Origin: an uncultured Peptostreptococcaceae bacterium
GTDB taxonomy: Bacteria > Bacillota > Clostridia > Peptostreptococcales > BM714
Assembly (NCBI GenBank): GCA_964484935.1
Contig: CAZAFW010000001.1
Span: 135,654-199,653, forward strand
Length of the DNA stretch: 64,000 nucleotides
Reading direction: 5' to 3'
Within the stretch, counting starts at the first letter, position 1. Each line of letters opens with the position of its first letter. Of this stretch, positions 9,574 through 17,089 are shown in pieces. Under the pieces are notes generated by a model that ran no database searches, was not told the DNA's origin, and worked only from the letters and a program-made list of their open reading frames with translations. The position numbers and the translations under genes are program-made.

Positions 9574-10860
9574 TTATTCGATATAATCGAATTCATGCCC
9601 TTCTATATCGATTGTCGCACCATCTCCTGCGCCCATTTTTTTCAGTTCTTCGAAAACACCCTTCTTTTTAAGTATCCCCTGAAATCTCTGTACGGAATCC
9701 CAATCCTCGAAATTGGTTGATTTCATGAGCTTTTCAACCGAATATCCCGTGATATGGAATGTTTCGTTTATTTTTTCTATCTCCCAGTCGCGTTCCCTCT
9801 TCTTGTATCGATAAATCTTGTGTTCTTCCTTGTCCTGTTGGCCGTTTCCCGTTTCAACAGCTTGCAGATTATCCAACATTCCGGTTATCTTTTTCATCAA
9901 ATCATCCAGCCCTTCGCTCGCAGCGGCTGAAATGAAGAACACCTCGTATCCTCTGTTTTCCATTTCTTCTCTAAAAGAATCGATATCGGACGGGTCTTCC
10001 GTCAAATCGGTCTTATTGCCCACCACAATCTGTTTTTTGGCGGCCAAATCATCCGAATAGGACCTAAGCTCCTCATTGATCATTTCAAAGTCATTTACGG
10101 GATTTCGTCCTTCGGAGCCCGATATGTCGACCACATGCACAAGCAATCTGGTCCTTTCAATATGCCTCAAAAAATCGTGTCCCAAGCCAGTCCCTTCATG
10201 AGCCCCTTCTATCAGTCCAGGTATGTCGGCCATTGCAAAACTCTTGCCCTTGACAGCTTCGACAACTCCCAAATTTGGATGGATGGTGGTAAAATGGTAA
10301 TTGGCTATTTTGGGTTTGGCCTTTGAGACCTTGGAAAGGATGGTCGATTTACCTACATTTGGCAAACCTATCAATCCAACTTCGGCCAGAAGCTTAAGCT
10401 CAAGTACTAGAATCCTCTCGTCTCCCGGATCGCCCGCCTCGGAAAAATTCGGAGCCTGGCGTATCGAGCTCTTGTATCTGGTGTTTCCTTTTCCGCCTTT
10501 TCCGCCTTTTGCAATTATCACAGATTGACCTTTTTCTACAAGATCCGCAATTATCAGATTCGTTTCTGCATCCTTTACTACGGTTCCTGGCGGTACGCTC
10601 AGGGTCAAATGGCGGCCGTTCTTGCCGAACATTTTCTTTTTCCCGCCGTTTTCCCCATTTTCCGCACTATACTTCGTCTTGTAGCGAAAATCCATAAGCG
10701 TTTTCATGCCGTCATCGACTCGAAGTATAATGTTGCCTCCATTTCCTCCGTCTCCGCCATCGGGTCCTCCATCAGGCACATATTTTTCATGCCGAAATGA
10801 AGTCGCTCCGTCTCCGCCTTTTCCTGCTCTTACCGATATTTTCGCTTCATCTATAAACAT
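9574..10860 (-). CDS. obg: GTPase Obg/CgtA
   Basis: MFIDEAKISVRAGKGGDGATSFRHEKY… has a glycine-rich Obg fold, a G1 motif GLPNVGKST, DIPGLIEGA, and a C-terminal TGS-like OCT domain. Start set at ATG 10860 behind GAGGGTGA. The tracked start at 10890 lies inside the upstream terminator. Confidence 0.95.
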   Translation of the reverse strand: MFIDEAKISVRAGKGGDGATSFRHEKYVPDGGPDGGDGGNGGNIILRVDDGMKTLMDFRYKTKYSAENGENGGKKKMFGKNGRHLTLSVPPGTVVKDAETNLIIADLVEKGQSVIIAKGGKGGKGNTRYKSSIRQAPNFSEAGDPGDERILVLELKLLAEVGLIGLPNVGKSTILSKVSKAKPKIANYHFTTIHPNLGVVEAVKGKSFAMADIPGLIEGAHEGTGLGHDFLRHIERTRLLVHVVDISGSEGRNPVNDFEMINEELRSYSDDLAAKKQIVVGNKTDLTEDPSDIDSFREEMENRGYEVFFISAAASEGLDDLMKKITGMLDNLQAVETGNGQQDKEEHKIYRYKKRERDWEIEKINETFHITGYSVEKLMKSTNFEDWDSVQRFQGILKKKGVFEELKKMGAGDGATIDIEGHEFDYIE

Positions 10861-10880
10861 ATTTTCACCCTCTAACAATA

Positions 10881-10917
10881 AAAAGCCCATACCTCATAAA
10901 GGGCATGGGCTTTTTTT
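10881..10917 (-). terminator. rho-independent terminator immediately after rpmA, upstream of obg
   Basis: Minus strand reads TAG-AAAAAAAGCCCATGCCCTTTATGAGGTATGGGCTTTTTATTG: a GCCCAT/ATGGGC stem with a T-run. Confidence 0.7.
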
Positions 10918-11220
10918 CTATTGAACGTCAACACTTGCCGGATAAACACTGGCCTGTTTTCGATCCTTGCCTTTTCGTTCGAACTTAAGAATCCCGTCAG
11001 ACTTTGCAAACAGCGTATCGTCCCCGCCTCTGCCGACATTCAAACCCGGATGGATTTTTGTGCCTCTTTGTCTGACCAGAATGCTTCCAGCGCTCACAAA
11101 TTGGCCATCAGCCCTTTTGACGCCTAATCTCTTTGATTCACTGTCTCTACCGTTCTTTGAGGAACCAACACCCTTCTTGCTTGAGAAAAGTTGGAGATTC
11201 ATTTTAATCATCATAATCAT
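10918..11220 (-). CDS. rpmA: 50S ribosomal protein L27 with Prp-cleaved N-terminal extension
   Basis: …(M)[31 protein letters not shown]… has a Firmicute-type pro-sequence ending NLQLF before SKKG. The exact start among four clustered ATGs (11220, 11214, 11211, 11202) is ambiguous. AAGGAGGTG lies just upstream. Confidence 0.93.
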   Translation of the reverse strand: MIMMIKMNLQLFSSKKGVGSSKNGRDSESKRLGVKRADGQFVSAGSILVRQRGTKIHPGLNVGRGGDDTLFAKSDGILKFERKGKDRKQASVYPASVDVQ

Positions 11221-11548
11221 CGCACCTCCTTACAAGAATATTCACATAATCGGGATAGGTCTCAGCAACGCTTTCATATCCCACATAAATCGTTTCCATT
11301 ATTGCCGCCACCCTTTGTTTTTCCTTTGATGGCAAATTCTTCGGGACAAGGCATCTAAGATAGCCTTCCGCCACCTCATATTCAAAATTGATACCGGTGA
11401 GTTCGCCGAGTGCGTTTACAGCAGTCTGAGCGAGAACTGAAACGCTTGCGCAAACTATGTCCCTTCCGTATTCATCACTTTCAGCGTGCCCGGAAACTTC
11501 AAACCCCATGATTTCTGTGTTTTCTCTAAAAACCATAATTTCTATCAT
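11204..11548 (-). CDS. prp: ribosomal-processing cysteine protease Prp (YsxB/DUF464)
   Basis: …GFEVSGHAE…[20 protein letters not shown]… shows a His/Cys dyad pattern. The gene lies between rplU and rpmA as in other Firmicutes. Confidence 0.88.
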   Translation of the reverse strand: MIEIMVFRENTEIMGFEVSGHAESDEYGRDIVCASVSVLAQTAVNALGELTGINFEYEVAEGYLRCLVPKNLPSKEKQRVAAIMETIYVGYESVAETYPDYVNILVRRCDDYDD

Positions 11549-11566
11549 GACGTCCTTCCAGCTTTC

Positions 11567-11878
11567 CTATGCGTTGATTGCGTCAATCTTGACTTTTGTA
11601 TACGGCTGTCTGTGTCCTTGCTTTCTTCTGTAGTCTTTCTTGGCTTTATACTTGTAAACGATGACTTTCGGTCCCTTGCCTTGCTCAAGAACCGTTGCAT
11701 CAACCGAAACGCCTTCAATGTAAGGTTTGCCGAAGGAAACTTCTCCTTCCTTGGAAAAAGCGAGAATCTTTTCGAAATTTATCTTTCCGCCTTCAGTTTC
11801 ATTGAGTTTTTCGATGAAAAGTGTATCGCCTTCCTGTACTCTGTATTGTTTTCCACCTGTTTCAATAATTGCATACAT
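11567..11878 (-). CDS. rplU: 50S ribosomal protein L21
   Basis: [25 protein letters not shown]… Start set at ATG 11878 behind AGAGGAGGTG. The tracked 5' extension to 11998 runs through the promoter. Confidence 0.95.
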   Translation of the reverse strand: MYAIIETGGKQYRVQEGDTLFIEKLNETEGGKINFEKILAFSKEGEVSFGKPYIEGVSVDATVLEQGKGPKVIVYKYKAKKDYRRKQGHRQPYTKVKIDAINA

Positions 11879-11966
11879 GCCTTGCACACCTCCTCTAAAC
11901 AATCTCGCCGAACTCAGGCGGCAATCGCTCTTAATACCTGGTCCGCGCGGTTCTCCGTGCTCATGC

Positions 11967-11995
11967 ATAATACCACACATGCCGCACATAGTCAA
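11967..11995 (-). promoter_or_regulatory. sigma-A type promoter of rplU-prp-rpmA
   Basis: Minus strand: TTGACT (11995..11990), 17-nt spacer, TGg-TATTAT (11972..11967). It leaves a leader of about 85 nt containing hairpins (CCGCGCGG; UUGCCG-N8-CGGCGA), possibly the Firmicute L21-leader autoregulatory RNA. Confidence 0.65.
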
Positions 11996-12024
11996 CAATC
12001 CGATTATATCACAAACTCTACTAT

Positions 12025-13416
12025 TTATAAATAGATGATTTCAAATTCACCGGGTTTAATATCCTTGTTTTTTCTTATTTTTACAAGCTGTCCGTATCGT
12101 TCCCCAGCAATTTTTTCATATTCTGTTTTCTCCAGCCAAGCTCCTGTTGCCAAGTCTGTGCAAAGCTCCAAATTCTTCATGGATGTTTCTGATTTGATTC
12201 TTGCAAGTTCCTTTTCTATTCTTCCCAAAGTATAGACCGGTTTCTCGAATTCACACTCTCTCATATGCAACCTTCTCGACGAAACGCCTTTTTTCTCCCT
12301 GGACATTTCAAAAAGACCGGCTTTCGTGAATCCATAAATGTCGAACTTGCGGTTGTCGTATTTTTCAAAAATGCCTTCCATCATTTCGCATATCTCTCTT
12401 TGCGCCTTTTTATCGGAATCCAAAAAATCGATGAGAATCATTCCTGAAAGATTCCTCAGGACTATCTGCCTCGCCGCTTCCGCCGACGCCTCGCGGTTTG
12501 TTGTTGAAACGACCCCCCCGCTTGCATTCTTAGCAGAATTCACATCTATTGATGTCAGAGCCTCGGTCTCTTCAATTATTATGTTTCCTCCGCTCGGGAG
12601 CCAAATCTTTTTCTTGACAGACTCTTCCAAGGCCTTGCCCGCAGAATAAAGTGAAAAGGTATTCCAACCTTCCGATATGTCCCGAAATTCGCACATTTCC
12701 CCAACTACTCCAGAACATGAACCCAAAACGGAATCCATGTCATCCGCACAATCAAAAACAATTTTGTCCATGCCTCTGTAGGAATTGTTTATCACTTTTT
12801 CGACTGCAAAATCCGCCCCCTTGTAAATCCTTTTGGGAGCTTTGGCATAAGCCATTTGCGAACAAAGATCTTCCCATTTAGCTTGCAAGTTTCTATAATC
12901 TTGCTTTATGTCTTCATCGGAAAGCTTTTCCGCATGAGTTCTTATGATCATTCCGCAGGATTTTTTGTGCATTTCATATGCCAATTCCTTCAGGCGCCTT
13001 ATTGACTTGGGATTTTCCACTTTGTTTGAAACTGCAATCCTGTTGTTGTCGTCGTCATAAAAAACCAGTCCGTCTCCCTGTATGCTGAGCTTTCCTGTCA
13101 ATTTCGGGCCCTTGCTGCCAGAAGCTTCCTTTTTTATCTGTACCGCTATTTCATCTCCTGCCTTTATCAGGCCGGAAATTTTTTTCTTGCCGTAACCACC
13201 CTTTATTTCATCCTTTTGCAGATAGCCCTTCCTATCCAAACCAATATCCACAAATGCCGCCTGAATGGAGTCGAGGACTTTTTCAACCCTCCCTATGTAA
13301 ATATCTCCTATTACGCCTTCTCCGATTTCTGAAATTTCCAATCTGTATACTATGTCGTCAAAAATTACTGCGACTCTCTTAACTCTTCCGATTGTATTAA
13401 AAACAATTACATTCAT
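12025..13416 (-). CDS. rng: ribonuclease G/E family protein (Rne/Rng)
   Basis: N-terminal S1 domain ([30 protein letters not shown]), then an RNase E/G catalytic core (…[16 protein letters not shown]…). The ATGA start/stop overlap with the upstream gene suggests coupling. Confidence 0.88.
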   Translation of the reverse strand: MNVIVFNTIGRVKRVAVIFDDIVYRLEISEIGEGVIGDIYIGRVEKVLDSIQAAFVDIGLDRKGYLQKDEIKGGYGKKKISGLIKAGDEIAVQIKKEASGSKGPKLTGKLSIQGDGLVFYDDDNNRIAVSNKVENPKSIRRLKELAYEMHKKSCGMIIRTHAEKLSDEDIKQDYRNLQAKWEDLCSQMAYAKAPKRIYKGADFAVEKVINNSYRGMDKIVFDCADDMDSVLGSCSGVVGEMCEFRDISEGWNTFSLYSAGKALEESVKKKIWLPSGGNIIIEETEALTSIDVNSAKNASGGVVSTTNREASAEAARQIVLRNLSGMILIDFLDSDKKAQREICEMMEGIFEKYDNRKFDIYGFTKAGLFEMSREKKGVSSRRLHMRECEFEKPVYTLGRIEKELARIKSETSMKNLELCTDLATGAWLEKTEYEKIAGERYGQLVKIRKNKDIKPGEFEIIYL

Positions 13417-14141
13417 TTAGCCTCCACCTCTGAAACGGTTTCTTCCAAAGAAAGCGGTCCACCTTCAGCTTTTGAGAAAAGATCAATTCTTAAAACATCA
13501 ACATTGTGAGGATCAATATTCCAACCGGTTTTTTCTCCCAGGCCCTTTAAGAGAAACAAAGGATTTAGATTTCCCCGGCTGCCTGCGCTTAAAAGGACTT
13601 TTAGGACAATTCGGTTATTTTTAAAGTTTACCGTTTCATAGCCATGTATGTCCTCCTTTAGATTTTTTTCAACAATCTTGCCGGACTTTGTGCGTTTGCG
13701 CGCTGGAATCGGACCCGATTCCAGTATTTTTTCTAATTCCATAATAGAATCCATGTCTATTTCAGCATCAAGTGGAAAATCAATTTCAAATTCGGAATAG
13801 TCTACCATGCTCATAAGTGATTTTGCTTTTGCGTCCACATAACCTCCGACAATCAACTTGAGCCCGCCTGGAAGAGCTGAGTTCATCTTTTCGATAAATT
13901 TGCCTATTCGAACAGCTTCGGTCACTTCAACATCTATATACTCTCCTATGCTTGAAAACCCTACAGATGAAGGCAGGGCAAAGCTCATTTTGGGATGAGG
14001 ATTGAATCCCTCTGTATATTTGAGGGGGATTCCGATTCTTCTGAATGCCCTTTCAAAAACCTTTATCATTTCCAAATGCCCAAGATATTTTACCCGGCCT
14101 TTTTTTTCATACCTTACTCTTATCCTATACATTGCATGCAC
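13413..14141 (-). CDS. radical-SAM-associated protein, DUF2344 / TIGR03936 family
   Basis: YRIRVRYEKKGRVKYLGHLEMIKVFERAFRRIGIPLKYTEGFNPHPKMSFALPSSVG is the signature N-terminus of this family (recalled from memory). It overlaps the upstream radical SAM gene. Confidence 0.8.
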   Translation of the reverse strand: MHAMYRIRVRYEKKGRVKYLGHLEMIKVFERAFRRIGIPLKYTEGFNPHPKMSFALPSSVGFSSIGEYIDVEVTEAVRIGKFIEKMNSALPGGLKLIVGGYVDAKAKSLMSMVDYSEFEIDFPLDAEIDMDSIMELEKILESGPIPARKRTKSGKIVEKNLKEDIHGYETVNFKNNRIVLKVLLSAGSRGNLNPLFLLKGLGEKTGWNIDPHNVDVLRIDLFSKAEGGPLSLEETVSEVEAK

Positions 14142-15963
14142 CTCTGTAATTTGTCAAAATGCCGCAATTGCAGCATCCCTGCCTGCAGTCCGGCGTCAAT
14201 TGCCCTTTTTTTGCTTTTTCGTTTTCATCTGCAAGAAATTCCTTGTCTATTCCAGCGCTTATATGGTCCCACGGCAAAGCCTGCCCGTATTCTGAAATCC
14301 TGTTTGCATATGCAAGCGGATCGAGCCCTGATTCCCCCATTGCTTTTATCCATTTGCCATAGTCGAAATAATCGCTCCAGCTGTCAAACTTGCATCCCGA
14401 AACCCAAGCCCTGTGCAGCACATCACAAAGCCTTCGGTCGCCTCTTGAAAAAACCGATTCCATGAAGCTGGTTTCCGAATCATGGTAATTGAATGAAATG
14501 GCCTTCTCCCGTTTGAACAGCTTGTTCAAATACCTGTGCTTCTCATTGAAGACTGAAGGCTCGTCCTGCCCTTCCCATTGGAAAGGTGTGAATGCTTTTG
14601 GAACAAAATTGGAAACGCTGACCGTTATTCTAGGCTTCCTTCTTCTTTTTTCCTTTGGCATTTCATAATAAGCCTCTACAACTTTTTTTGCCAGGTCATA
14701 AATGCCGTCGAGATCCTCTTTGGTCTCGGTTGGCAGTCCTATCATAAAATATAATTTGACAGTATCCCATCCCAGGTCGAATGCGTTTTCAACAGATTCC
14801 ATGAGATCCTTTTCATCAATCCCTTTGTTTATTACATCCCTCATCCTTTGAGTTCCGGCTTCAGGGGCAAACGTGAGCCCTGTCTTTCTTACCGTCTGTA
14901 TCCTTTGCAGTATTTCCATTGAAAAGCTGTCCAGTCTAAGTGAAGGAAGCGATATGCCAATGCGTTCGGCTTCATAGCTGCCCAGCAATTTCTCCACCAA
15001 TGTTCCCAAGCCAGAATAATCGCTAGTGCTCAGAGAAGCAAGCGATATTTCTTCGTATCCGGTGTTCTTTATTATTTTATCCACGATTTCGGCAACCGTA
15101 TCCACCGACCGTTCTCTTACCGGCCTGTATACCATTCCCGCATGGCAGAATCTGCAGCCTCTCGTGCATCCCCTGAAAACTTCGACAACAGCCCTGTCAT
15201 GGACCGCATCTGCATAAGGCATGACCTGCCTGTCAGGGAAATAGGATTTGTCAAGATCCATAACCATGTTCTTTTTCAAGACAGGTGGAGCTTCCTTTTC
15301 TATTGTTTTCGTTCCCATGTAGATTCCATCTTTATAAACAGGATCATAGAAGGAAGGTACATATATACCGGGAATATCTGTGATACTTTTTAAGAAATCA
15401 TATTTTGTAGTTGTTTCAGATTTGTGGATTTTAAACCTTTCTATGAACTCGGGCAGAATGTCCTCCGCATCGCCGATAAAAACAACATCGACAAAATCCG
15501 CAATAGGTTCGGGATTGAAAGCGCATGGCCCTCCGGCTATTATTACGGGATGGGAATCGTCCCTGTCTTTTGCAAATACAGGCAATCCCGCCAAATCCAT
15601 CATGTTGAGTATGTTTGAATAACTCATTTCATATTGCAAAGTGAAGCCTATAATATCCAATTCTCCGGCAGGAGTTCTCGATTCCATTGTAAACAATGGA
15701 GTTTCGCTTTCTCTCATCACTTTTTCCATATCTGTCCACGGAGCAAAAAGTCGTTCGCAATATACATCCTCCATGTCATTTAGCAAAAAATACAAAATCT
15801 GCAGCCCCATGAAAGACATCCCCACTTCGTAAACGTCGGGGAAGGCAAAACCGAAACGGACTTGGCCTTGCCTTATTTCCTTGTTTACCGAATTGACTTC
15901 TCCACCGATGTATCTGCTCGGCTTCTCAACTTGTTTCAATAAATAATCTATTTGCATTGCCAT
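14125..15963 (-). CDS. B12-binding-domain radical SAM protein, TIGR03960 family (function unknown)
   Basis: MAMQIDYLLKQVEKPSRYIGGEVNS… and a radical SAM cluster motif CTRGCRFC. 612 aa. Family assignment is from memory of the characteristic N-terminus. Confidence 0.8.
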   Translation of the reverse strand: MAMQIDYLLKQVEKPSRYIGGEVNSVNKEIRQGQVRFGFAFPDVYEVGMSFMGLQILYFLLNDMEDVYCERLFAPWTDMEKVMRESETPLFTMESRTPAGELDIIGFTLQYEMSYSNILNMMDLAGLPVFAKDRDDSHPVIIAGGPCAFNPEPIADFVDVVFIGDAEDILPEFIERFKIHKSETTTKYDFLKSITDIPGIYVPSFYDPVYKDGIYMGTKTIEKEAPPVLKKNMVMDLDKSYFPDRQVMPYADAVHDRAVVEVFRGCTRGCRFCHAGMVYRPVRERSVDTVAEIVDKIIKNTGYEEISLASLSTSDYSGLGTLVEKLLGSYEAERIGISLPSLRLDSFSMEILQRIQTVRKTGLTFAPEAGTQRMRDVINKGIDEKDLMESVENAFDLGWDTVKLYFMIGLPTETKEDLDGIYDLAKKVVEAYYEMPKEKRRRKPRITVSVSNFVPKAFTPFQWEGQDEPSVFNEKHRYLNKLFKREKAISFNYHDSETSFMESVFSRGDRRLCDVLHRAWVSGCKFDSWSDYFDYGKWIKAMGESGLDPLAYANRISEYGQALPWDHISAGIDKEFLADENEKAKKGQLTPDCRQGCCNCGILTNYRGACNV

Positions 15964-15978
15964 CCTCCATACTACTTT

Positions 15979-17085
15979 CTAGAATTTTATTTTCTGCCTT
16001 CTAACTGAAATTCCCAACACAAGACCAATTGCCGCCATGCTTATAATGAGAGAGCTCCCACCGTAACTCATGAAGGGAAGCGTAACACCTGTTACGGGCA
16101 TCATTCCCATTGTCATTCCTATGTTTTGTATTATTTGATAAAGGAACATCGACACTATACCTGCCACAAGCAAAGTTCCGTATGCGTCTTTTGAATTCTT
16201 CGCTACGCTGAACATTCTGTAAATCAAAATAAAATATAGGAGTATAAGGCAAGCTCCTCCGACAAAACCCAATTCCTCGACCAAAACTGCAAAAATGAAA
16301 TCCGTTTCCTGAACAGGCAGGAAATCATACCTTGTCTGTGTTCCCATGAAAAGGCCTTTCCCTGAAAACTGGCCCGATCCTATTGTGATTTTTGATTGCC
16401 GGACATGATAATTGCCCGGCAAATCCGTATTGGACGGATTCAGAAAAGCGTCTATCCTTCTCTTTTGGTGGTCTCCCATGAACCTGTAGGCAACTGGAAT
16501 CATTGCTATTGCGAAGGCACCGCCTCCAATAAAATATTTCCATGGCATGCCGGCAATAAAAAGCATCCCAATCGTGATGACTACAAAAACCAATGCAGTA
16601 CCAAGGTCAGGCTGAATCAAAACAAGAAATATGAAGGGAAGCGGAAAAAGAAGCGAAATTGCAATCTCCACTATATTGTCAATTTTACCGTAGCGGCTTT
16701 CAAGAAACTTTCCATAAGACAATATGAAACCTATCTTTGCAAGCTCAGATGTCTGTATGTCTATGGGGCCGATGTCTATCCAGCTCCTTGCCCCGCCTCT
16801 AACAGCTCCAAGCCCGGGTATATAAACCAAGAGCAACATGAAAATCGACAATACATATACAACCTTGTACAAGTCCCCCAAATAGTTGTAATCGATTATA
16901 ATCACCAAGACCATTATTGCCAGCCCCAAGCAAAATGCTATTGTCTGAATCTTTATTTGCCTGGTAAGCCCATTTTCAGCATAATGGGTCGCACTGGCAA
17001 TGATTATAATTCCCAAGGCAATTATGGACACCATTGTCACAAAAAGAGTCCAATCGAAATGCTTGAGTATTTTTCTTTCAAACAT
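15979..17085 (-). CDS. rodA: peptidoglycan glycosyltransferase RodA (SEDS family)
   Basis: Polytopic membrane protein with …QPDLGTAL…, …QSKITIGSGQFSGKG… and …LPFMSYGGSS… SEDS motifs. Start set at ATG 17085 (MFERKILKHFDW…). Adjacent to mrdA. Confidence 0.92.
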   Translation of the reverse strand: MFERKILKHFDWTLFVTMVSIIALGIIIIASATHYAENGLTRQIKIQTIAFCLGLAIMVLVIIIDYNYLGDLYKVVYVLSIFMLLLVYIPGLGAVRGGARSWIDIGPIDIQTSELAKIGFILSYGKFLESRYGKIDNIVEIAISLLFPLPFIFLVLIQPDLGTALVFVVITIGMLFIAGMPWKYFIGGGAFAIAMIPVAYRFMGDHQKRRIDAFLNPSNTDLPGNYHVRQSKITIGSGQFSGKGLFMGTQTRYDFLPVQETDFIFAVLVEELGFVGGACLILLYFILIYRMFSVAKNSKDAYGTLLVAGIVSMFLYQIIQNIGMTMGMMPVTGVTLPFMSYGGSSLIISMAAIGLVLGISVRRQKIKF

Positions 17086-17089
17086 GAAA

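Noticed and set aside
11879-11998. 40-codon N-terminal extension of L21 shown in the ORF track
   Set aside because: It contains the operon promoter (TTGACT-17-TATTAT) and leader. The canonical [12 protein letters not shown] start at 11878 has a strong SD.
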